DNA of 64,000 nucleotides from Raillietiella orientalis (taxonomy: Eukaryota): NCBI GenBank assembly GCA_036172245.1, contig JAYWIR010000035.1, positions 1,178,001 to 1,242,000 of the forward strand. Direction: 5' to 3'. The position numbers were made by a program, and so were the translations under genes. The notes under the pieces were generated by a model. It worked only from the letters and a program-made list of their open reading frames with translations. It did no database searches and had not been told where the DNA came from. This document shows, one piece after another, positions 12,435-25,085 of this stretch (its first letter is position 1; each line of letters begins with the position of its first letter).

Positions 12435-14899
12435 AGAAAAGCTGAATCGGTAGTAAGGATAAACAAACCTGCAAAAGCTAAGGATTTGAAGATGCTAGGA
12501 ATTTAGAAAGAAGTGTAAGAAGGAGTTTAAGAATGTTTTTTTTAAAAGGTCTACGTTCTCAATGCTCTGAGTATGGAGGGGGGGGGGGGAGAGAGGAACA
12601 TATCTGGGATCGTAAACAACGAAAATTATTTCCTCATCCGTTATGAGAAGCATGATAAAGAACACAGCTTTCTTTGTAACAAAGACACAGAGGTTCTGTT
12701 CTACTTTATGGTTACTTGACTACTTGACTTTGTAAATTCATCCCTTCGAGCGCGCAAAACTAAATTAATAGAAATTAAACTTAAGTGGATTTGTTTACCT
12801 TTCCAAAATCCGTTTGCGACAACACATCCTTGTTTCGAAACACGATCGCATCCATTCCCTACCCTAGAAGACGCATCTTATCCTCACGTATTCCCCAAAC
12901 TTCCACTACAGTTCGTGTCGCGTAGGCGACGGCTGCACATCGCATTTTCAACCAAGTGGCGCGCTGCAGTCTTCATGGGTCACGTTCCGAGTCGGAAGAA
13001 CTCAAGAGAAGAGCTGAAACAAGACAGGGAGTCGTGATGTCATTGCTCCTTTAGCTCAGGTTCTTATATGTCACTCGGGCTTTTGTACATCTTTGTTCAG
13101 GATGGAACTGAATTCGAAGGAAGCACACTGCTTGAAAATCATAGCCACACATGAGACCCAGCAAATAAGAGCTCCTTTGGTGCTGGTGTGAGCAAACTTT
13201 AATGGTCATCAAGGATACATTAAAAAAGAAGTAGTACTTAAGCAGTGCCAACTTCACCATTTATTTAGAAGGAAAAGAAGTGGCCAACGAACTCCCATCT
13301 CTTATTCTTGCGAAGAAAGACGAACGATTTTCCGGAAGGTGAAAACTCCAGGTCTACTGCTTGCAAAAACACATTTCCAGCTGCTTCCCAAATCAGCCAA
13401 TTTTGTTTTAATCGTGCACACTGTTCTCAATCTCAGGACACACACTTGTTGTACATACACGAAAGTGACTTCAGTTTTACGCGCATTTAAAAGCTTGAAA
13501 GATGCCGGAGGACCCCACTGTCGATCCTCATAGCAGAGTATTTTGTGCTGATGGGGATCAACATCTTCGATTTTCGAGAATGTGCCTTGTGCGTGTCCTC
13601 TGTACATGTGGTAAAGATGTGAGACATACCATCAGCCGTGACGTCAGGTGTACTGTCTATTTTTTTCTGTTTTAAGTGCATAGAATTTGGTGGTGAAACA
13701 AGGAATTCCACTTTTTCTTTGCAACAACTCGCTGTGGCAATCCTGAGCGAACGATTCATTCAAACTCACATGTTGTCTAGTCTTAGGGAGGAATCCATCG
13801 TTGCACTCTTCATGATTCACGTGCATTTTCGAACAAATTTTTCTTCGTTAACACTCATGATGAGTTTCCTTCCCTCGTATCAAAAGGATTAAAGGAAGAA
13901 AAAATTTTACGTTCGCCTTTTACGGTAGGTTTGTACTCTGAAAGACAAAAATGTGGGGCGGAAAAGCAGTGTCGAATGCTCGCTGCCGGTTGTGTGGGAC
14001 TCCTTGCACTCATGGACAAGTACCAAGAATTGCCCTGCTTAAATCTGAAGCTGCCATGGAGGGGCACTCGAGCAGCTGATGTGATATGTGTGGGAGGTTT
14101 CTACCGAACATCGAAGCACAGCCAGAACAGAGGTCAAATGTCAGGAAACAAAGAATGGGTTCACAGTCAGCATCAAAGGATGAAGGCACAGCCACCTATA
14201 CTTTGAAAGAGCAGCATCTTGCTCTTCGCCAACCTGCGCCATTCGCGAAAGCCCTCCTGTCGCTAATTAACCAGTTTGCTGCTCTCGGCATTCTCTCACT
14301 CCTTGCTTGATGCGTTACCACTCCAAGAGATGATGAAACTCGACAGCGGCTTTAGCTGCCTATTGCTCTCGCGCTGCGCTCGTCACCTCCAGAAGAGGCA
14401 ACAGGTCTTAGCTGAACTTTTTCTACCATCGAATAGGATCACTTGGATGACTTGACTTGTTGACTAACCGTAGCCTCCGTGATTGCATGGATTTAAGTAG
14501 AAGCTGATCTTGAAACTGAGCAAGAGCAGAACGACTATGGCACAGGACATAAGGGATGACTCTACAGTCGCCTCATTCATGAAGTGGAATTTCAAGAAAT
14601 TCCCATGGAAACTTCATGGAACGGCTAGAATAGCAGCGGGAGCGCACGTCGTGCAGTCCATCGGTTTCGATAAACCAATGGAAACCATAGCTCCTTAAAG
14701 GACTTCTTTGCTCAAACAGTCTTCAGCTGCAGATTGTTGCATTAAAGGTCTTCTAATAGGTTCCCGCAGTTGTTTTTCTTTTTAAAGCATGAAGTGCGAT
14801 CGTCTGGCGATTCGCTTTCGTTTCTGGATGCACCTCTGAGCTGGGCGTCATCCCTGAATGGCATTTTGCCTTTCGACCGTTTACTTTATGGTGGAGTTC

Positions 14900-15620
14900 A
14901 CACTTTGATGTGCACCACTCTGACACCGGAACGGTAAATGGCTTAAGAACTCATCGATTCCCCGTGAATCTCATGGATCCAGCTCCTCCATCTCGCAGAA
15001 TGAGGGGTCCATGCCCCTCCCCGACTCTGAGGAAGATTATGGAAGCCGGGAAAGAAGCAAGACGGGAATCGCCTGCAGATGCTTTCCAGGCAGCGACGCC
15101 GATCTTTGGTCCACGTCCCACAATTCCCGCTCCCATCTTCCCCACCCTCTTCGCGCCTGCCACCAGCTTCCCTTGAACGGGATGGGCATGAACCGTAACG
15201 GACCAAGACGAGTCAGGGTCCAGGGATGCGTCCCTTTCAAATGCACACTGCGCCAACCTCCCGGCCATCTCCTCTTCTCCCGCTCTACAGGTGTTGGCAC
15301 ATGGTTTCCCAAAACGACGTGCCTTCCAGTTAGAACAACGTTTGCCGCGCTTGCGGTGCACAAACGGTCCAGCTGCTTGGGCTCCAGAGGTGCTCATCCT
15401 GATCTGGGGAGAGGAGCGCAGCACGAGCAGAGGACAGAAATTTTGAGTCCGCACCCTGACACGCGAGATCGGAAAGGAGGATTACTCTGATCGCCCCTAG
15501 ATCTGGTCGCTACCTTTATGCAGCTCTCGAGTGCCGGTCGAACCTCAGTGCACGGAAAATGCGGTGGCAATGTTGCAGAGAGGGGCAGTCTCCATGCCGG
15601 GAAACGCAACGCCAGAAAGG
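14900..15620 (+). mobile_element. Possible decayed N-terminal zinc-finger region of a retroelement
   Basis: GC-rich block with a Pro-rich segment and C2H2-like remnants (FKCTLRQ..F; TTCLPVRTTFAALAVHKRSSC). Confidence 0.3.
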
Positions 15621-15789
15621 CGACAGGAGAATCCCTGGTTTCAAATTTCTGTATTATTCGAATTTGGTACGTGTACGAGTTCGGAAGGATCCTGTACTTT
15701 TTAGCATGTGGTGATCTGAAAACTCTCTAAGAGTTGTTCATTCAGTAACCCGAGATATGTCTCTGGTAAGCAGCCAGGCTGTGCTGGGA

Positions 15790-17450
15790 TGTTGGCGCGA
15801 CATTTCTTCGTTCTCTTCCGTCCTTGGTCGGGGATCTCCGAGACATCTCCAATTGACACGTCGCCCTTCGGATTCTGGGCTCCCGGCGATCCTACCGCTC
15901 GAGCCCTTAGCAGAACCGCTGTTTTTCTGGCTCTCCTGCAGGTTCCTGTACTTCCGCCCTTCTCCCCACTTTCTTTCCAGCACCTTTCAGCGCTGTCGAG
16001 TTGTCATGCGGGCGGCCACCATGCGAGTGAGACAACTCGCCTTCCGTCCTGGGAGCACCCAGTTCGGGCGCCGAAGTCTCGAGGCGATCCCTGGTGTTGG
16101 CTGACCGGAGGCCGCCGGCTCCCGTTTGCTTCGCGCAACTCCCTTGACGAGGACGGTCTCGGATGGTCTGGGAGCGACGGCTGGAGGAGGTGCGGCAAGG
16201 ACGCCCATCGAGCGCCACCTCCTTCACGGTCTCCGCTTCTTGTGGGCGTCACCCTCTGGGAGGCAAGTTTCTCAGTCGGTCACACCAGGGCGTTTATTTA
16301 TGGAATAATAAATAAATAAATAAACAAAGAAATTGGGAACGTGGTTCCCAGAAAGAATCCTAGTAGGAGGGTTCGTAGGCCAGGTTTTCAGGAAGTCCGG
16401 AGAGGGTGTGGGAGGGGAAAAGGGTACAATGGATCAAGAAAAAAAGAGGGAGGGAGGGACCAGAGTCTTTGGAATGAGCCACTCTTGCCTTCCTGAAGCT
16501 GAAGCTGGATGGTGGCGATCTCCCTGGCAATCTCTCCCTGCAGATGAGACCACCCCTTGCAACCGTTCTCCCGGCTTCCCTTCGCAGGACCCTTCGCAGT
16601 GCCCGAGACTCCATGGACTGTGATGGTGGTGTGGATGCAGCATCTCGTCTCGATCGCGGATCTTGCCGGACAGTCTCCGCCTCTCACGAAGAATCTCCGC
16701 AGCCAGTCCTTGTTGGGAGGTCTCGGAAATGCCGTGCAAGAACTTGCTGCCGAGTCGGGAGCGAAGTTTCCTTTGCGTTTCCTGGAAGGGACCGCAGTGT
16801 CTCATAGTGGGTGCAGGGACCATCCCGTTTCGATGGGAATACCGAAATGAGTTTTACACACAGGATGGGGTCCACACGCATCTTCGGGAAGGGGGTAAGG
16901 GGTAAGAAGGGTGCTCTCGAAAGTTCGCTCTACTGAAGCAGCTCCTCCGCCTGTAACGAGGAGTGGTGGCATCCACCAGCTCGCTCGTGTTTCAGCTGTT
17001 CTCTCGTAACTCCCTCAACAGCGCTGGACAACTCCCATCCCGCCGGTCGGCTGCTCTCGTCGGCTGCCCTGCGGCGCTAAGTTGGGGCAGTCGGGGTGAG
17101 CGCACGCGGCGACTGCGGACGCGAAGGAAGTGCTCTTGCTCGATGCTGTCCGACGCGGGACGTCATGCTTCCTCCTGGCGTGGGCGATTCTCGATGAGGG
17201 GACTCCCACGAATCCCGCCCCCGCCTCTGAGTGAGTCCACAGGCGAGAGGATTGGCGGCTCCCGCGCCTATCAAACGTGGTCTCTCCGACTGGTATTTCT
17301 TTTTTTTAGTTCACCTTCTTCGGGTGTCCAGCGCTCTTGGATTCTTGCGCATTCCTGGCGACTCGCTACGCACACACACCGCGCACTCCGGCTTTGCAAC
17401 GTAGATGCCGATCTCAGTCATTGGAAAGCAGGAAACTGCCTAGTCGAGCC
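15790..17450 (-). mobile_element. Decayed 3' fragment of a LINE related to the 42.3-kb element, plus ~450 nt of GC-rich downstream sequence; boundaries approximate
   Basis: Frameshifted peptides align with the C-terminus of the 42.3-kb element: DWLRRFFVRGG..AIETRCC vs NLMRRFFTPGG..VIATVCC, and WSHLQGEIAREIATIQLQ vs WAHLPEDARNEISGIQRQ. The 3' UTR is similar (CCCTCCC tract, T-rich tract, AATAAA at 16298-16293). Confidence 0.75.
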
Positions 17451-20400
17451 GGTCTAGATTTGAACTTCATCCCAAATATTGGAGATTTCGTGAGGAGCTG
17501 CAAGCGTCCGGATGTTCTTAACAACAACTTCCGGATCAAGGGGGACGTCGGGATCAGATCAGAGGTGATGCGTGTGATGAAGGAAGATCATGGTGACAGG
17601 TTGTTGCGCAGTGAGCAGCTGCATGTGGATGCTCGATTCTTATTCCGGGCAGTCATATCTGGAGCGTTTGGTTCCCTCGGAGAATTCGTTTTACAAGGAG
17701 AGCTCCTTCGCCCACAGAGCTCCAAGCAAAAGACGAACGATGAGCTCCTCCCAACACAGTAACGAACGCGCTCTCGAGAAGTCCCTCTCTCCCTTCTCCT
17801 TCCACGAAGGAAGCAGCAGCTGCCTTATCCTTAGAGCGAAGATATTCTTAGAGAGAAGATGAAGGTCCCAACAGCCTCTGTCCGAGAACTTCGAAATTGC
17901 CGCATGAATTCCCTTCTATTGCTTATGCCAGGTCACTGCATCCAGCAATGGAGCATAAGAAAAAAAAGAGAGAAACGAGGGAAAATACAAGAAGCAACGA
18001 AAAATGATTAATCTGCCTTCCAAACCTTCGCTGGCAAAGTCCAACGAAGAAGCAGAAGGAAGGAACCCAAGACAAGATATTCATGGGACACCGCACGGTC
18101 TGGGAGCTGCGAAGAGACAGCAGTAGTTCTGGAAACGACGCAGTTGGACACCTCTGCAGGTAGCAAATGCTGATTATGCCCTGTTCCAAGTAAAAGGATG
18201 ATTGCATGGAAACAGAAAAGAAAAGAAACAAAAACAAAAAGGCGAAAGAGTCCAAGGAAGCAAGGGAAACAGCAAAATTGCACCAGAACAATCTATGAAG
18301 CAAAGCAGCGTACATGCGCATATGGAAGTATGATTGCTTGGCGACGAAATGCCGTTTGGGGATCTATTCCTGTTGATGCAGAATATATGAACTCAAATTT
18401 TCTTCAGTAATTGAGGACGAAGGACACGATAGTGACTCGAGAAAACTCTCCTCTCTTCATCAGTCTTTTTTTTTTTTTCTTTTTGAGCTGGAACTGGAAC
18501 AAAAAGCTAGTCCCTAGAAATCTCAAAAATCCATCGATAACGTTCTCGAAATCGAGACCAAAATCGTCCGAATAAGTACTGGTTGCTGGCGCACGCCGGA
18601 GTCTCTGAAAAAGTCCAAATCCACCCTGTCCAGCAGCTTTTACGAAGAACGTAAGCCCATCCTTCGAACTGGATGTTGTTTGTAGTACAGCCAAACCCCT
18701 TGATTGAATTTCAAACTGTGCTGCATAGCTTCATAACAGTCATAACTGACTCTTTTAGTCTCCAGCATTTGGATCCAATAAGGCTGCGAGGTGATTGTCG
18801 ATCGCCTGTCAAGATCGTCCTTCTGCAAGCTGCCCACACTTTGCTCACTGCTGAAAGTTCAAAGGGATGCAAAACAGACGACGCGTCCTTTTCGAATCAC
18901 TTATCCGTATTGAAGGACATGGGCGCATGGGCATGAATAACTAAACGTAGGATATCAAATTGATCCGTAACTTCCCAATTCTGTACGAAATTGCATTTTG
19001 GAAAGGTTCTTGCACATGTGATGCCTCCTCCAGCGTGAGTTTCCATAGACGCTTTAAGAGTGCAGATCTGCTTGGAAATCCTTCTTCCCAGTGTGTCTCG
19101 TATGTTGTTGAAATAGATGGGCAGAAGGCAGATCACAAACTCATGACTGCGAAAGACTGGAAGTGCGCAAATGGATCTCCAGGGAGGATTCGGGTTCTCT
19201 GCAATGACGGGAGCCTGAGAAGACGAGTCAATTCTTCCAGAGTGTGGCGCCGCATCGATTAGTAGGGGATCCCAACTTCAAGAAAACCTTAGCAAAACAC
19301 ATCAGTCTCCGATGGCCATTGACTTCGTTCATTGAAATGCCTCTAGAGGGAGACAGAAGTTTATCGCTACGGGTTGCCAAGCAATATGGGATCAACATGG
19401 AATCATCGTTCCCGAGAGAATTTTTTTTTTAGTAATATTGTAAAGATTTTTTTCATAACTGCTTCATCACTTATTGGATTGCAAAGCTGAAGATGAAACG
19501 ACGGCTATTCCTGGCGATTATACCCAAAATCCACTGGAAAGTTGAATTCAGAAAAGTCTGCACGTGGGGAAACCATCCATGTTTGATCCTAGTTGATTGA
19601 ATAAGAACCAGAGTTAAAGACTCGTGAGGTCGAGATTTAAACTTCATAGCTGAGAATGATAAATTTTCATGCAACTGACTTTGCAGATCATCTCGGCTGC
19701 AGTCGACTAGAAAAGGCGACCGACGAAAGATTCCGGTCAGCATTTGAGGATCTTTTTTACCATCTCCTCCGGGAACTCGATCACTGAGACTGGATTCTCA
19801 AAGCAAGGAATGGACGATGAATGACTCTCCAGAAAACCTGCAGGAAATCTTTTCTCTTGCATCCCTCTGGAGAGCTCGTGGCGCGACATTAGCGGGAATG
19901 AACTTTCAGAAAACTCTTTTCAACTGAAGAGCAATCCTTTTGAAGTGCTGGATACAAAATTTTTTTTGAAGACGACTATAGGGGATTGAAACAATACAAA
20001 ACAAGGAAATTGCCTCTTTTTGTCCTTCTTGGCAGCCGAAAAGTCAGAAGCCATAGATGGTAACGGGTAATTACTATTTTTAAAGGAGGGCCGGTGCCCA
20101 AGAAATCATTGGAATTCGATAGAGAAGAACGAACTGGCTTAAAAGAATGAGATGCTCAGTGTTTCTTGTTCTTCTTTCTATAGATATTTCTGTTTTCCTG
20201 AGGGCTGGTCGATTCTTAGTTTCAGAAAGATGAGATGAATATCCAAAGCAGGAACTGTTTTGAGTTGCCTCTCATTCACACCGTTCCTCTTTGTGAATTA
20301 ACATGATTGCAGCAATTCCTTCGATCTTTTAATGTGGCAGTAAATCCAGTTTATTCTCGGTTTGCTGCGTCATTTGCTCGTATCCGCATCCGGAACCTCA

Positions 20401-23400
20401 GAATTACAACGATTCCTTCGCAGGTCTCTACATACCACCTCTGTGTCTTCGTTTAGGCTGGTTTCGAAATATTGGGTGTGCATCCATTACCTTTGAGCCT
20501 ATGAACTCATCTGTGTGTCTTCCTCTCTCAACTACCAACAAAACAACATATGCTGCTGTTGTTTTGTGCTTTGTTTGTGTGACTGAGATGTCTAGGAAAT
20601 CCATGGAAGGCTGCAAGAGCCACAGAGGCGTTCTCCAGATGCATAGAGGACTGCTCCGCACAACCCGAAGATGGAACTATCTGGAAACAAGAGACCGCGA
20701 AGAGCTGGAGGCGATGATTTGCAGGGCATCAGACACAATAAACCCGGAGACTTCCGTGTTCTCCAGAAATGTTATCTTTTGATGTCAGTGAGGAAGCACA
20801 GAAAGCGCTTTTGTTTTTCATGGACCATCATCTTTCTTCCTTCAGAACTGTGTTTAGCTCTGCATCCGAGACGCTCAAAGATGAGGTCTTTCTACAGAGT
20901 TGTCTTCTGCTTTTTCTGTTCATCGTGACTTTCCAGAGTCTGCAATCTAAGACTTCATTTATCATTACTGGACCAAACTTTGGAAGATGCTTTCCTTTTT
21001 CTTGGTATTTCTTCCACGACCTTCCTCAGTCTGGGAGAAATAAAAAGCAAGTCTTTTTGCAACAGCTGAAGCTCAGGAAGCATGCAGCTCACTAATCTGA
21101 CCTCATTTCCGGAGAGACTTTGAAAATCAGTGACGAAACGGTTCATCGTCTGGAAATTCCTCGTGCATCATCGCTGGGATGCGCTTGGATGAACACGGAC
21201 AGGATGTTTTCGATGTAAAACTCGATGAAGACATCGGCATTCATGGGCAGCTGAAAATCTTTTGCTTTTCTTTCTTGCCTTCGGAAGAACGGAATCCAGT
21301 GAAACTCCAGTAACACATTAGTGCTTTTGAATCACTACACATGGAAGCGGTCTCTCGAGGACCGAACGGACGGTCAATGCACGTTTGTCACAGAAGAGAA
21401 CTGCAAGCTCATAACAGACCCACTCCCCCCAAAAATCTGCGCCACATGGACTCGGGTAGTCCGCATTTCCGGGATTCCTTTGGTTTGTTAGAAGCAAAAA
21501 GTTGCGGGAATCCAATTGAGACTGGTGCTTTGGATCTGAGGGTGATTTCTCCCTTCATCTCCCTTGGAATGTTCATTGCCTGGCAACCTCGAAAAATGCA
21601 ATCGACTCTGGAGTGTTTTCCCTCGTCTCGCGGAAGTCTTTTCCGGAGATCACCACAGTTAGCCTTGCCAAATCTTTCGGAAACTGGCTCTGTCTGCTAC
21701 ACTTGCTTCCCACAATTACTTCGGAAGACACTTCATCCCAGAGAAAGCTGCGTGATTCCTGGAGCAAAGCAGCTCAAGCAGCACACTTGACTGCGTGCCT
21801 TTGTCCAAGCGTAAGAAAGGGAGAGCATCCCTGAGATACGAGAACGATACTGCTGCTGAACTGAGTACATTCCATCTGTGTGCAGAAGTGCCCAGAGAGG
21901 AAAAAAAAGCTGCACTCGAGCTAAGCGAAGAAACACTTGGTATGTGAGGAAAGCGAATGAGGACCTTCGCCCTTCCCCCCTCTTCAACAGCAGCTGTGAC
22001 CATAAGAAATTTAAATCGAATATGAGAAAGAAACTGCACTCCTGTTCATTCGGCATGAAGTTACTCCAACAAGCTCTTCTTCTGATGCATCTTTGGGAGC
22101 AGGAAGACCCTCCGAGACGAAGGCCACTATTGGATTTCCTCAAACTTCGGAGGTTCGTTCGGTTGCCCTACATGCGCGTGCTGCGTGGAAATGGGGACCT
22201 TCTTGCACACTCGAAAGCTTCTGACGGACGCCCCTGTGGCGTCGTTCAAACTGGTATGCAAGCATAATCATTCAATCCGAGCGTGTCGGAGTTTTTGCAA
22301 AGATCCCCTCCGATTTTCCAAGAAGTCACAGAGAGAAAAATTGTGTCCAGAAGGATTCATCGAATTCGATCGGGTGATTGCGTGAGGAATCCGCAGCAAC
22401 TCTCAGCACAGAGGTTACTGATCAATATACACTCTCCACAGATCAGCTCCGAAGTTCACTTTGGAGCAACCGAATTCGACATGGAGCAGCCATTCGTACC
22501 ATAAAGAAAGATAAAAAGCACTACAAATCTGTCCCGGTGATTTCTGTAGCGCAGTGATCTCAACATCCCTATGCTCCCAGCACCGAGCAAGGAAGACATT
22601 TACTCCACTAAACAATTGTTTTTAAAAAAAAGATAATCGCTCGATCTAGAAACGCCTATTATGAACAGTTATCCACGCATCTCTTCGTCGTCTGTAGATG
22701 TTCTCACGGCCTTGCACTCCTCGTGGTTCCCACCTATTTATTGTCTGCATGAATAAGGCTGCCATCCCTTTGGGCCTCCTCTTGAATGAGCATTTCCACA
22801 TCAGGGTGCACGAGATCCATTCAACTTCCAATAGCCATCCAAAGTCACTTCTAATGCTTCCAACCATGTCCATCATCCCAGCAGCATTCAAATGATTGGG
22901 ATTCGCGGACTCTTAGCGTGTTCTTCGAAGAGCCTCGGAACACCACCCTGCTGCTGAAACCAGGTTCAGCATCCCCGGATACACACGAAAGCCAGGTGAC
23001 CCCTATGCTGTCCAAAGTGACCAGCCATATAATAAATATACACATCAGCCATTCTTTGATGCCAACTCACCGTCCGCGCCCTCCACAGTCAAATCTTCAT
23101 GAGCCTTGTCTCTTCTTGACCTGACCCCTTTCCACCTTTCGCTTTTCTACTCCAGCGATTGCGGATCGAGTCACCATTCTTGTACTGCTGCTCTTGGCTT
23201 GTGCATTAGGCAACAGATGGAAAGTGAAGGCTCCTGATAGCTCTCTTGGAACGAACTGTATCCATTTTTTTGTATATTGGACATGCTTGGATCGTCACGT
23301 TCATCGACGGTAAAGAGAATTGAACGGAATAATCTCCTGCTTCTTCTTCGCAACATTATTATTTTCCGGTTTGACAGAACGGAATATCTAATCAGACGTT

Positions 23401-24764
23401 TCTCAGCCTCCAAAGTTGGTCCACAGACATTTGGGATTTGTGAGCTGAGTTGACACACGGAATGCTATTATTGACAGTGGTCCCACTCCAGGAAATTTTC
23501 TCAGAAGAAACTTTTGATGTCGATAGATGTGGAACACCGGATCACTCAGCAACGGAACTTTCCTGGATGGCGAAGGCCGTGGCAACGGGTCGCAGAAGTT
23601 TTCCAGGTTCTTAGAGCAGCTTCCATAGGGCAGTGAATGCCCTCCGAGGTCGAAAAACAGCCATCCCGTTATGCTGGAGGATCGAAACTGTCTGTGGACT
23701 GGTGGCTACAGCATCGGCATGGATTGCGGTCGCAACATGACACGAACCAGGTTTGCCGTGCACGGATTGCAGCACCGTTTCCACTGCACATCTTCAAAGA
23801 CGAAACATGGAAAGTATCAAGAAACACTGAACACGGTCATTCCCCAATTGCGTGTGCATTTCAGGATGGAGACGAGTGATTTCTGCTGGCGTTTTCATTT
23901 ATCCATGCCAACGGCTCACAGAGAGATCGACTCATTCTGCCAATCATGGCTTCAGCGTATTTTAGGAGAAACCTTTGCTGAAATTCAATTCTGAAAGTGG
24001 GGCCGGTGTCTGATCCATGCTCATAATTTTCGACGATATCCGTTAATCGCTACCTGGGAAACGCCTGCAGGTGGTCCACTTCTCAGTCTAGTGTTTCTAT
24101 TTGTGTTTAGACGTGCTTATCAGGAAAGTTACGGGGACGTTCCGTACTGGCACATATGTGTATTACATGCGTTTCTTTCTACGAAGCACATTCTTCACCG
24201 AACATTCTGAAACTCCTGAGTGGGAGTTTCTTCAGTACTGGACATCTGCGTAGGAGAATTCGAATAGAGGATGACAATAAATAAAGGAATTCTAGCTGGA
24301 AAAGATGCATTAGCATTTGACAGCAATGCGTTTGCATTCATATCAAATTTCGATGCCATGAAGTGGTCCTTCCCACCCAAATTGGGAAGGACCTCTGGAA
24401 CTGGAGCAGGGATTTTCAGGCAAGCTCGCCCTCGGAAAGATAGATCTACGGTGTTTCACTCGTGGCAAATAGATTGCGTCCAGATGTAGATTATCGCTGC
24501 ACATTTGCCACGCACAATAGACGAGTGTCGGTGCGTTTGCGCAAAGTGTTACGGTGTACACACATGCGCGATTAAGTGGATGCGATGCATTATTCCAGAT
24601 CTGGATTTCTAGGAGCATGCACGTGAGGATAAGCTCGCACTAAGGACACCAGGTGAAAACGGAACCAAAGAACGGAAGAAGACGAAACCGAATTAACGGT
24701 TTTGCTTACTGCTTGCAAGCATACCTCAGATAGGCGGCGATCAAAATACCGAAAAGATTGCAGA

Positions 24765-25085
24765 AAACGCACACATATGCTTCGTATCCTACATGGATTC
24801 ATATGCAAATTTATCTTCATAGACATGGTCATTCATATTTAAGAACGCACGTATTGTTAACAATAACATTACTGGAACAGATATACTTATTGAGAGACAT
24901 GCATTCTATTAATAAGATTAATAAGTGGTTGATTACATTGCCGATGTATATATTAAAGGTTATGAGGTTAAACCTAATGCCAATTACATGCATTGATATA
25001 TATATGAATATAAAGATTTATACATGGATTAATATATAAACTGAAGGTTTAAAAAAATAGATATATATATTCACATATATATTTC
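24765..25085. repeat. AT-rich low-complexity tract or degenerate minisatellite
   Basis: Abrupt AT-rich island with recurring TACATG(G/C)ATT-like words (e.g. ~24790, 24897, 24985, 25021) and (AT)n runs. Confidence 0.55.
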
